A stretch of 64,000 bases of DNA. Source: Balanoglossus misakiensis. Taxonomy: Eukaryota; Animalia; Hemichordata. The notes beneath the pieces are model-generated. The model saw only the letters and a list, made by a program, of their open reading frames with translations, had not been told where the DNA came from and did no database searches. Each line of letters begins with the position of its first letter. The first letter of the stretch is position 1. The stretch is from positions 6,068,699 to 6,132,698 of the forward strand of contig CM082581.2 of NCBI GenBank assembly GCA_040954595.2, read 5' to 3'. This document shows positions 53,201 to 64,000 of this stretch, one piece after another. A program made the translations under genes and the position numbers.

Positions 53201-53409
53201 CCATTATCATTTGTGCCATATACGAGTGAACGACCAGAGAGAGGCTTTTACACAGTAGTCAACGCGAAGAACTTGTAAAGACTACAGTTCACGTACAGTA
53301 GCAGGTTTTACCTCCAGACCAGAAAACCTCAACTTGTCGGATCGGTCCGATACATGTACCTGTCGTCGATACTACGGAAAGCCCGTCAACTATTCACGCA
53401 CACACAACC

Positions 53410-53691
53410 ATGGCGGCTTTTCCCGTAATTCGTCCCCAGCAGCAGAACGCCTGCCACCGCCGGAACGCCCTGGCCAACGTTTTCGAGGGAATCGGAGAAA
53501 CGGCGCTGGAAAGGCTCAGAAGGACTTTTCAAGTCAATATCCACTTTGAAATCGACGTGAACAGCGATAACCTTCAAGTGGAAAATGAACTTGGACAGAG
53601 TACAAACCAGTCTGATGATGACGATACCAATAATTTCGATTATTCTCACACCTGTCCTGACTCGAGAGCTGACATTGGACGGTGGAAATAG
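53410..53691 (+). CDS. Small intronless protein (93 aa) with an RRNAL PKA-pseudosubstrate-like motif; candidate immediate-early/PKI-like gene
   Basis: Strong Kozak context aaccATGG, GC3-rich 5' codons, promoter-like upstream region, AU-rich downstream region with ATTTA motifs and ATTAAA at ~54266. No confident family assignment. Confidence 0.6.
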   Translation: MAAFPVIRPQQQNACHRRNALANVFEGIGETALERLRRTFQVNIHFEIDVNSDNLQVENELGQSTNQSDDDDTNNFDYSHTCPDSRADIGRWK

Positions 53692-56219
53692 CATTTACAA
53701 GAATCTGAGGAAATCCTTGGGTGAGCTTGGGGGACAATGATTTGACATCTAGCCCATGACTTATCCCAGTGAATCAGTATATATACATGTACATCTGATA
53801 CACTCGAGACCTTAAGCTTCATCTCATGGTCGCCGCCATTTGATACATGCACTATCAACATCATCGCAAGTGACGTGTCGGATAGCTTGTATAATGGTGG
53901 TCGACAAAATCAGGTGACGACTGTGAAGACTTCAAAGCGGTCCTTGTCCAGCATGGTACGTTCGACGCCAGTTCTGACTTAACTGCGGAAATCTCCGTCA
54001 ACCTCAAACGAGCGACGCTGCGGTCCCGTGGTTTGCGGATGAAAAGGAAACGGCTGACCGAATTAAAGAACTGTATACGATGTACTCAGAATTCCAACCT
54101 GCATATATAGACAGTAGACAATCAACAACATTGTGCATTGTAATATATTTCAGCACATTTTTTACCATTGTTATACGGTTTTTATTGCAAGTACATTCAT
54201 ATTTGAATACTTTACAATTTCTACATTTATGATTCCATGCTATTCAGAAGTATTTATGAATATTTATTAAACTGAGTATATTATTCACAACGGAAATGTG
54301 ACGCCTCTCTCTCGCTCTTTTGTTCAAGTCCCTGTGTTAGTCCAAACCCACTCGCCACCATAGTCACTCACAGGCCGGAAAAGTTCGGTTTAAAGCACAG
54401 ACCCTGCAGTAGGTAAGAAGGGGGTCAAGGTAAAGGGGGCATATCCTGTGTGAAGTAGTACTACTTCCGGATTGATAGCCCTCGATAGTGTAAAGCGATG
54501 TGTCGGTGATCGTCCAACGTTCTGAGCGCTGCCAAACTCCATGAATGATGGACACCATTCGAATTTATCTACATTCTGTAACTTAGACGTATCTCGGCTA
54601 TCAGTTTGAGACCAAATGATTATCTTTTTTTGTTTAAACATATACAATATTGTCTTTTTTTCAGACAGTCATCCCTATGTACGATTTTTCTGTCCCCCTA
54701 GGGTATATCATCCCACTCTCGTTAACGACTACGGTCATGGTATCTCAACAATTCATGATCGGACTCGATCAGACGAGACGCCTAGAAACAGTCATATACT
54801 CAGTGAAAAACGGGGGTTAACGGCGATCTGTAAAAATGTAGATCCGAAAAGCAAACAAGGTCCGGTCTCTTAAGGACAAACGTCAACATATTATTGGATA
54901 TCTCTCAATCACTTGCGTCATGTAGTAATCAGACTGAGTGAGAACAAACAAACACACCTTGCTAGTTTGTGCTTTTCCATAATGTGTCCCGGAAATGTGT
55001 AGTATACATGTATGTATAGTATTAGAAATGGAGGAGGACATAACTGGGCGATAGTTTACAATGCATAGCTGTACCTATACTCTCTCTCTCTCTCGTATTT
55101 TGTATTATAATGTGAAATGAAGGGCAAATTCAGTGTTTTAACAACTTCAACTGTATTTTTCCAGATTTACAAACGGGACAAAAATGTGTGTGTGGCATGA
55201 CAGCAATCAAAAACGACAACTTACAACGAAACCCCCGACAATAGGTTATCAATACACACAGGAAACGGACATGACTTATTATACAACAATAGCGTGTTAA
55301 TCCATTGCAACCGGTAATTTTGCGGGTATTTCCGAGCGCTTGAACCACCCACAGAGCGGGTCATCGATTGGTTCCCGACGTCGTCAGTTGTAACACGAGA
55401 TGAGCGCACCTAGAAATTAGCATCACCGTCTTGTGGTCACGTTTTAATTGCCACGATAGATAAAACACCATGGCGAATCGAACGAGTGGTTTTCTCAGAA
55501 TTTACTTCTGTAATGAACACCCAGTGCGTATGTTAGAATTGACTAGTAAATTTCCGTAGATGGCCAAGTTCTTATTACATCACGCACGTAGATACATGCA
55601 TGTACCGCGATCATTGGTTGGTCCATTCTGTGGACTGCGGATCATGACAATGCATTCAAAGCCCGTTCGCCGTTTCGCAAACATCTACGTTGTCTGGGTT
55701 CATTTGCATATGATGCCAACAGTGATAATACACCCCCACGTACTAGTAAGCATCATGTAATAGAGTCACCATTACATAACTTTGTCCTCCGGCACCGTGA
55801 TTGTGCTGAGCTGAGACTAATTGAATAAAACTGATAAGACCGCGTTATAAATCACAAGAGATCTGACATTTTCCTCGCAACCCGCGGGCTGACCAGAAGT
55901 TGAAAATGTCAAGTGCCATGCAAAATAACGTCACTTGCCCACTTGCGTGAACCGGTTTCATTCATACGCAAAGAGATCAAATATTCAACAAGAACGGTGT
56001 ACGTCACATGCGGCACTAACCAAATTTTATCTGATGTGATGATGAATATTTATACTGTGCACGTACAGCTTGCACACACACCACAGTTTGACATTTTGGA
56101 TTGTACTGGTTTATGCATTAAGTGGGGATGGAAGTCTACGTCATAACATAATCGGGGCCGTTACACAAGTGTCTCATATCACGTAGACTGATCCGTCGCT
56201 GAAGGGTTGTGAGAGGGGA

Positions 56220-56291
56220 CGGGAGAGAGAGAGAGACAGAGAGAGAGAGAAAGGGAGAGACTGACAGACAGAGACAGAGAGAGACAGAGAC
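56220..56291. repeat. (GA/GACA)n tract
   Basis: Directly visible. Confidence 0.8.
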
Positions 56292-57556
56292 TAGGGCGAA
56301 GGACCAGACCGGGCCTTCCAGTTTACGTATCATTCAGAGAAAGGGAAATCCGTCGCCAGTTTCGACTATAAGACAAACCATGAAACCGATACCAGTTTTA
56401 TGGGACCGATTTGAAGAAATATTGAACGTCAGGCCTCTGTGACCGTCACGCCTCTCTGAAGTATCTGAAGGGAGAGAGACTTTGGGGTAAATCCGCGGAT
56501 TACCAACCTGGCACACTTACAACAGTTCCAAATACATTGTACACCTTCTCATGTACTCGCAAAGCAAGCTAAGCCACCCCTTCGAGTAATACATACAAAG
56601 TACTGTAGTCGTGTCAAATGAGACAGGAATTCCAGATATCAGTAAAAAATAATATTAGCACAGAGGTTTGCTTATTTCTGAATTGGTCTCTACTTCATCC
56701 ATAAATTGGAGTGGCCAGACAGTTTTATTGTCTGCCAGGTGAAGTGACGACTTGTATAATAAAGATCGGGTCAACTGAGGACGTCCTTGGTCATTGTTGC
56801 GCATGTGCAATGAAAGTTGAATACTGCATGTGACTGCACCGAATTCACACCAATACCAGTGAAAACGAAGGTACGTCTATTAGCTAACTATCCTAACCTC
56901 ATGTTCTAAAAAATGAACGTCGGTCATGATCATAAACCGCCAAGTTGCGACACTGCTGCGCGTGTGACGTACAATGATACCAGCGTGACGTGTCTGTCTT
57001 GGTATGCGGGGCAGCGGTGGTATCGATCGATCGAATGCACCTGGCAACATCCGGGTGTAACATTGGGGCGATCTCTAATCTCCAGATCCGTGTGTATGAG
57101 CAAACTGGATTATGAGACTTTCGTGTAGTCTTCAAGCACGACTTCAGCATGTCCACGTCCGGGTTGTTTGATATCTAAGAAGGTGACGTGGGGACCCATG
57201 AGTTTCGTTTCGTGTGAGAGTTCTCCAAGGTCACGATGTGACCCTACTGGGTGTGTCACCGCTGTTTGCCATATCTCGTCTCGTATCTGCATTGGTCACT
57301 TGGCATTAGTGGATCCGGAGCGTTTATCATTGAGTGCCGGGGCACAAGACTGGGCTTTGCTCAGGCTTAGTTTTATCATAGACCCGCCCCAGGGTCTACG
57401 ATTTTATCTTGCTTAGATTATGTTGAGAAATAACCAACGACCACAGGTATTATGGCCAACTTTTGTAAAATCATTTAATTGTCTAAGGATTTCAAGTCCC
57501 TAATTTTGCCCGCCCAAATGATTAATTTTCAGTGACGTGACGGGACAAGTGCCAAA

Positions 57557-59029
57557 ATGGCTGCCGGAATCGACTTTGCGCTCGGCGCTGAGCTAAGTAA
57601 TAACTTGCAATTGCTGACCTGTTATGTCTGTACGAACCCAATGACGTCACCGAAGCTCCTACCTTGTTCCCATACGTTTTGTGAGCAGTGTCTCGAACTG
57701 TGGGTGGGGAAGAACCAAGGAAAGCTGCCGTGCCCCGTGTGCAGAGAAATGTGTCCGATGCCCCCTCAGGGGGTCAAGGGGCTGCGAAACAACCAATTCG
57801 TGGAAGGTTTGCTGGAGATATTCTCCAAGAGAGAAACCGAAGCGGTGATGAGATCGTGTGAAACCTGCCGGCAACCGGCGGTGGTGTGGTGCGTCGACTG
57901 CTGCCAGTTCTTCTGCCAAGACTGCCGCAGGTCGCACGAAATTGTTCGCTCGCTGAGCACTCACAGACTCTTGACTATGGAGGAGTACAACAGCGTCGAC
58001 GCGCCCAGGGCCTGCCAGGCGCATCCAGGTAGCCTGCTTGAGCTGTTCTGCGACCGTTGCCAGGCGACCCTTTGCAGAAAATGCGCCGAGGAAAACCACG
58101 GCGGGGCGTATCACGAGGTTGTACCCGTGGAAGAAGCGGTGAGAAAGTACCTCCCACTACTTAAGAACTACGCTTTCCAGGCGGACACATTGATGACGTC
58201 ACTGAAGAACGACGAAGAGTTGCTCGAAAGTACGGTCGATGATTTGAAGAAGCAAGAGCGAGAAATCACCGACAGAGTGTCGGCAGAAGCAGCCGAAGCT
58301 ATAAGGAAGATAAAAGAAGAAGAAGAACGACTTCTTCAAGAAGCAGCGAGAATCTCCGGCGAGAAAAAATCCCAGGCTCGCATCGGACTGGAAGCGATTA
58401 AGCTCGACATTGAACGTATGAAAAATGTACAAACCTACACCTCTGACCTACTGCAGACTGGAAACCGGTGTGACGTATTGAACAGAAAGAAAGCTTTGGA
58501 CGAAGGGTTCGAACACGTCAAACAAGCAGCCGCTTCACTTCAGAGGAAAATCCCACCGCAGGCCGTCTTAAAGTTTGAGATTAACGACTCGTTCTTCGCG
58601 GGGAGCACCGCCATGGGCAGTATCAGTTGCGAAGAGCGACCGCAGGTTTTCACCCAGGCGGACGACGTCGACGCGCTGCCGAAGTCGGGAGAGCCCTCGC
58701 AGTCGACGCCCGGGCAACCAGCAAACCGAACCAAGGACAGCAACACGACAGTCACGTGTCAAATTTGCCACTGCGAAGTTCACCGCAGAAAAACCCTACC
58801 CTGCAGTCATACATTCTGTGCGAATTGCATCGATTTAGAATTTGGCGGACAAACCAACGGTTCGTTCTGCCCACAATGCGGCTACGAAATCCATCCTGTA
58901 ATGAAGTTTGGGAAAATGCCGAAAGGAACTTTCGATCATCGTCTGGATCAGTCCCTTGTTCTTCCCGGCTATCCGAGAAACACCGGGTGCATCGTCATTG
59001 AATATCACTTTCCTGGCGGAATACAAGGG
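57557..59029 (+). CDS. TRIM-Deltex fusion E3 ubiquitin ligase (about 586 aa), coding exon 1: RING, B-box1, B-box2, coiled coil, second RING, start of Deltex C-terminal domain
   Basis: CYVC..LPCSHTFCEQC..CPVCR (RING-HC); CETC..WCVDC..FCQDC..H..H; CQAH..FCDRC..LCRKC..H..H; E/K-rich coiled coil; CQIC..LPCSHTFCANC..CPQC (RING-HC); GKMPKG..LPGY..GCIVIEYHFPGGIQG; donor gtaggt at 59030. Acceptor ttttcag lies 25 nt before the ATG. Confidence 0.95.
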
Positions 59030-59243
59030 GTAGGTCAAGTTTGCTACACGTATTTCTCACCCAAGCAATCACAAAGTTCATTACTCCGTAAATGTCATGT
59101 AGAATGATGTAACCTTAATATAGCTGGTTCATGAACTCCATAATTTAGTGGTGGATTTCTTTAATGCATTGGAAAACCAAGCTCACTTCAACATAATTTT
59201 GGCTAAGCGGGAAATCCTTATTTTGGAAATATTATTTTCACAG

Positions 59244-59458
59244 GAAGGCGACCCAAGCCCTGGCAATAAATACCGGCGTGCCACCTTCATGGCGTACCTA
59301 CCGGCCACTGACGAGGGGAAGGAAGTGCGCAAATTGCTGCACACCGCTTTCAAACGAAAGCTGACGTTCACCATCGGCACATCACGTGACGGAACCCCAG
59401 ACTGCATCATTTGGAATGGAATCGACCACAAGACAAGCACAACAGGTGGACCAGAAAG
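59244..59458 (+). CDS. TRIM-Deltex fusion, coding exon 2 (DTC domain)
   Basis: ttcacag|EGDPSPGNKYRRATFMAYLPATDEGKEVRKLLHTAFKRKLTFTIGTSRDGTPDCIIWNGIDHKTSTTGGPE|gtacgt; phase 0/2; classical DTC motifs AYLP..EG, FTIG, WN.I.HKT. Confidence 0.95.
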
Positions 59459-59751
59459 GTACGTGACTCTGAGAATTGTACATCATGGTAAATTTGTCCC
59501 AGCGATTCCAAGTTCAGCGAACCGATCACAAAGCCAATTCTTTAAAAAAAAATACTATCACAGACGTTTATACCCATGAGCGGTTTCACCGTGACTCCAA
59601 CGTGACCTTTACGTCCTTGCATTTTGTTGGTATGGGTTCAGCAATTCTTTCTTTCTTTGACTCTGTTATATACTGGGTCAACTCTATTACATCCACAGTC
59701 CCAATGAATGACTATTCATTTATGGCTAATGGATGCATGTGTCTTCTTCAG

Positions 59752-59824
59752 GAATGGATATCCCGATCCGGGTTACTTACGGCGAGTTAAAAAGCAGTTG
59801 GCAGCCAACGGCGTGAACTTGTGA
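59752..59824 (+). CDS. TRIM-Deltex fusion, terminal exon
   Basis: cttcttcag|RNGYPDPGYLRRVKKQLAANGVNL*, TGA at 59822-59824; Deltex GYPDP.YL..V...L...G terminus. Confidence 0.95.
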
Positions 59825-62800
59825 ACGAATGCGATAGGTCTACATCGGCGAGCAGAAAGTATGGCAGATGGCCGGCGCCAATACCTCGTTCATTGTCATA
59901 ACGAAGGCACTTCTGACAGAGTGTGTTTGACTACGTCTACAGACCAATAGAAAGTTTATAATGTATATTACATTTTAAGCACGGAAAAAATGTTTTTCCT
60001 TCTGTGTCTTTTCTCCAAAGCGAGCAAGGTTTTCAATTCGACTTTAGTAAGTTTAGTTAATCTGACCGTAGTGGGCGCTGTGTAAGAAGAGTGGAAAGTG
60101 TTGCAAAGTTATGTACATGTACGTCACTTTTCGGGCTAAAACACATTAGACATAATAATAAGTTAATGCACCAATACGCCTTTTTATAATTGCGGCAAAA
60201 TTATAGGAGAATATGTAACGATAACAGCTAGGCTCGGTTGAACGAAAATGGACTCGCTGTTTCATGATTTTCCCCCTTACTAAGACATGATACTAGTCAG
60301 CAGTCCTTGGGCATGATTACAAGCGACTGTGGAATTAAATGGACTCAACTGCGCATACCTCGCCAACAACTAGTAATCGCTGCTTATTCACGATACTTAG
60401 ATAAATATTTGCGTGCGATGGAGGTCGAAACCTCAATGAATCACGCATGGATGAGTCCATCATCTACTTAGAGACCTCATAAGGACTATTAAGCAGTGCG
60501 TTCTTATCACTGACGTCATCCTGAACTGGTTCCTTCATGGCACTGGCCGTGAAGTGTGCCGATATCACAGGGATCTGCGAGGCTTGTCCTTGCACTCCGC
60601 CCAGAACACGTACATGTACACTTTCAAGCTCAGATAGTGTAAGTCACCAGTGCTGTTAGGAATTGCCGCTTTCCGATCATTTTCTTCCATTTGCAGTGTT
60701 TGTATTACACTGTATATGCAGTGGATGTCACTGTCCTTTTGTTGTTGTTATTGTTGTTGTGTTGTGTTGAACTCGTATTCTCAATAATGAAAATTGAGAT
60801 ATAGATTTCCACTTGGATGCAAGTGTCATTATGATAGGTTATTCAACAGAACTTGCGTATACTATACAATCGGAACTACACAGGTATAATTTTTGTTTGG
60901 TAACAGAGATGTATTGAATTTTGTTGATAAACAGGGTGGCTAAGTCTTCTAATGGCCATATGGTGGCAGTATGGCATTATTTAATATTTATTTCATGTGC
61001 CTATCACTTACATGCATGTAGTCATATTTCAGTTACGCCATGTTGAATCAAAATGCGCTAATTTAAATTGACGACGGCGACTGAGTCACCGAATTCTCTG
61101 CTGGTACTGATATCAGTACTCTTAAGTCTGTTTATATGCCCTTAAGACTGGTGTCCTCAAAATATACTTACCTCAATAAAAACCAGGCACGGAATGAAAC
61201 CCAATAAGGGTTAGCCTGTTTGCTATCAATGGACCCCGGGTCAGAGAAATTTAATTCGACGAGAAACACCGGGACATAGCGTTACGTTGATATTCTACAA
61301 AGTCATTTTCTCTCTCGGTCGATCGAAAAGGTTTGAAGCCGTCAAAAGTCGGACGCGACGATTTCTTTAATTTTGCAGTACCGTCTTTGACTTCCATCAG
61401 CGCGAGTGCTTGTAAGTGGATTTGAAGAATGCATGGGATCACGGGGAAGCTATTTATTTATATTTGCACTAAGGTTATATAGGCTGTCCTCATTACTTAA
61501 CTTCTCTTGGTGGGTCTTTTGGTCAATCACAACCACGTGTTCGACTTATAATTAATTGACATGCGTTAACCCAAGCGGAGTCCTGAAAGTTTATCCCACC
61601 GATTTATTCGAAAAACGAACTGGCGAGGTTCATAGCAGCTCAGGCGGGTCACCATAGTGAAGGGGCACACCCATCCTAAATCTCTGCCAACGTCACGCGC
61701 CTTCGTAATAGAAAAGTGATCGCGAAACGTCAGCGCGGAATCTGCCATAAGATAGGGTTGCCTAGACACAACCGACCTATCATAGTGTCCCTAACCAAAC
61801 GATAATAAACTGTATCTCTCGCAAAGAAGAAAAAAGTTTCACACGAGAACGGGGCCTTTGGAAAAAACTTTGGCGAGGATGGCGCCGCAGCGAACCGGGA
61901 TAGTTGTCATCATGATTGTGGCTTTCGCGGTCGCGAAGGGTAAGTGCAGGATTTACTGACTTGTGTGCTCGGGACCATGCTTCGTATATGATAGGCTTGG
62001 TCGTCCTTCGGTATGAACAGCATGTGAATCATTCGGGACATGGCAATGTTTTGATCGTAAAACGAATCATGCACAGAGTCGCGATTTTAAACATGCTACA
62101 AACGCCGTGGAGTTTTATAGCAGAAGTTTAAGTGTGTATATTGACTGGTGAAACGGTATTCAAAGAACACAACGGATATAATATAACTAGAGTGTGTAAC
62201 CTATATCAATGGGATGCAATGACATGTATAGTTCAAATTTGCGGCTAGATTGGCGTTCCTTCCCTTGTCCGTCACGCGTTCTCCTTCGCCATGGTATCCT
62301 TCTCATTCGGGATAGGGTACCCCCCCCCCCCCCCATTGTACCGTGACGTCATCTGCTTAATAGTAAGAACTTAAAGTGACCATAAACGAACATAAGGTAA
62401 AACTCCAGGTTGTATTACTGTGGGTTTCGAGTTCAAGGAAAAACAAACATTTGTGCCACGCTTGGCGGATACTTCATCATGATGGGTTCAAAGGACACTT
62501 TTGGGGAAATGATTAGAAAACAAACGACACCACACGAAGTCAACGCATTTCAAATTAACCCAGGGAAACCTGTGATAGTGTTTGGTTGACAGAAATAAGA
62601 GAGAGTCGATGGGATAGTGAGAAAATAACATGCCTCGTCATCTCGTTACGCTGGGAGAATTTGCAGGGGAATAGACCTACCAGCCAACTGTGAAAAATAA
62701 TTTCTCTGCATAATAAAATAACGACAACATTTTGGAACTATTTTGAGATAATTACATGCGAATAAACTGCGCACAACTCCAAGCATAGTGCAGGTATAAC

Positions 62801-64000
62801 ACGATCCCGTTGTAGCCATTTTAATTAAATTGCAAATACCGGCAGAATTCTGACTTTCTCCCCACGTATGATAGCAAACACTGTTCGTTTTCAGCCAATT
62901 TCATTCGTATGTAATTATCCCAAAATAGCGATTGCTTGCAGGGAGGCCCAAAATGTCTGATGCATTTCTGCCACTTATTATCTTCATTGATCTGTGCACG
63001 TTGGCATTTTTGCGCAACAATGTCTGTTTAAGCCGCCGTTTTCAACCCACGGTCCTCATTAGTTGGAGTTCACGGATCATGTACAAGTGAATGCCAATCC
63101 CAAGTTGTATATAGTGATAGTTGAAATACTTCATAGACAACAGAATTGGGGTGACCCAATTGCAGCATCGGTAAATCACGCGCTGTGATATTCACAGTAC
63201 ACATCTTGCGTTAACTCCGAACATCAGTCATATTTTTTTTTTTTATTGAAAATGACTCGGTTTTCTTTTTATTGATGCAATTGAAGCTTATGGAATGTAT
63301 AAACTCGGTATTCAAAAGTCTTTTTATTCGTATTTTAGGAGCAAGCAGTCGTTAACTGACGTGGTTCATCTACATTAAAACGCAAAACATAAATCTCGAT
63401 TGACATATTGACTTTGCATAAATTGGTGAATAATTATATGCCACCTTTGGCGCTGCATGTTTTTCCTCAGGACCAAGAAAACAGCTGACAAATTTGAGAC
63501 CGGCTAATCCCACTGTGTGATAAAGTTGGTACAGTGGTTTATGCCACTTAAAATTGATAAGTGGAATCTTGGATATTTTAAGAAGACTCTTGCTAATTGT
63601 GTTATTATTACATGCTTAGTGCAGGAAAGGTCACGTCACACGCGTACGCCCATCTGGCCCCTGCAGAGCTGGTCTTTCCTGAATTCATAAAAATGTTTTG
63701 TCTATTTGACTATAATTCTGATCAAATAATATGTGTATACACATGAAATTGTTCGTTTCGGTGAAATGTTTACTCGCAACGTAATCGTGGTGAAAAGTAA
63801 CCAATGCAAAGATTGGCATTTCGATATTGAATACGACTACGCCAACTGTTAAAAGCCGACAATATTTTCCAGGCGCACTGAGTTAGAAGTGTTAACTTTA
63901 GCGGAATGTGACGAAGAACATAAATTAAAAAGGACGTGTAGGCCAAGCAGGCAGTCTTGTAGGACACACGAGGGCTTCAAGAAGGACGATGAACTATAAT

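Noticed and set aside
57659-59038. Overlapping alternative-frame and antisense ORFs within the TRIM exon
   Set aside because: Shadow ORFs of the real coding sequence.

Overview
Intron-containing, AT-leaning animal genomic DNA with many microsatellites. It is probably from a marine invertebrate, possibly a deuterostome; this is an inference from gene content and a strong TACATGTA enrichment. Gene models were built by hand from GT-AG sites and phase matching. (1) The 5' part of an aminergic class A GPCR on the minus strand runs off the left edge. (2) A tail-to-tail pair of six-exon ETS paralogs (24395-27770 +; 36085-31185 -) joins a Spi/PU.1-type ETS domain to a Pointed/SAM domain and an AT-hook. 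(3) An 87-bp satellite array lies inside the second ETS gene, flanked by a 61-bp direct duplication that creates a decoy splice acceptor. (4) An intronless 93-aa ORF carries a PKA-pseudosubstrate-like RRNAL motif and has a CRE/CArG/kB-rich upstream region. (5) A three-exon TRIM-Deltex fusion E3 ligase (RING-BBox-BBox-CC-RING-DTC) has substitutions at DTC positions implicated in ADP-ribose ubiquitylation. The rest is non-coding DNA with simple repeats and decayed transposon fragments. No database searches were run.
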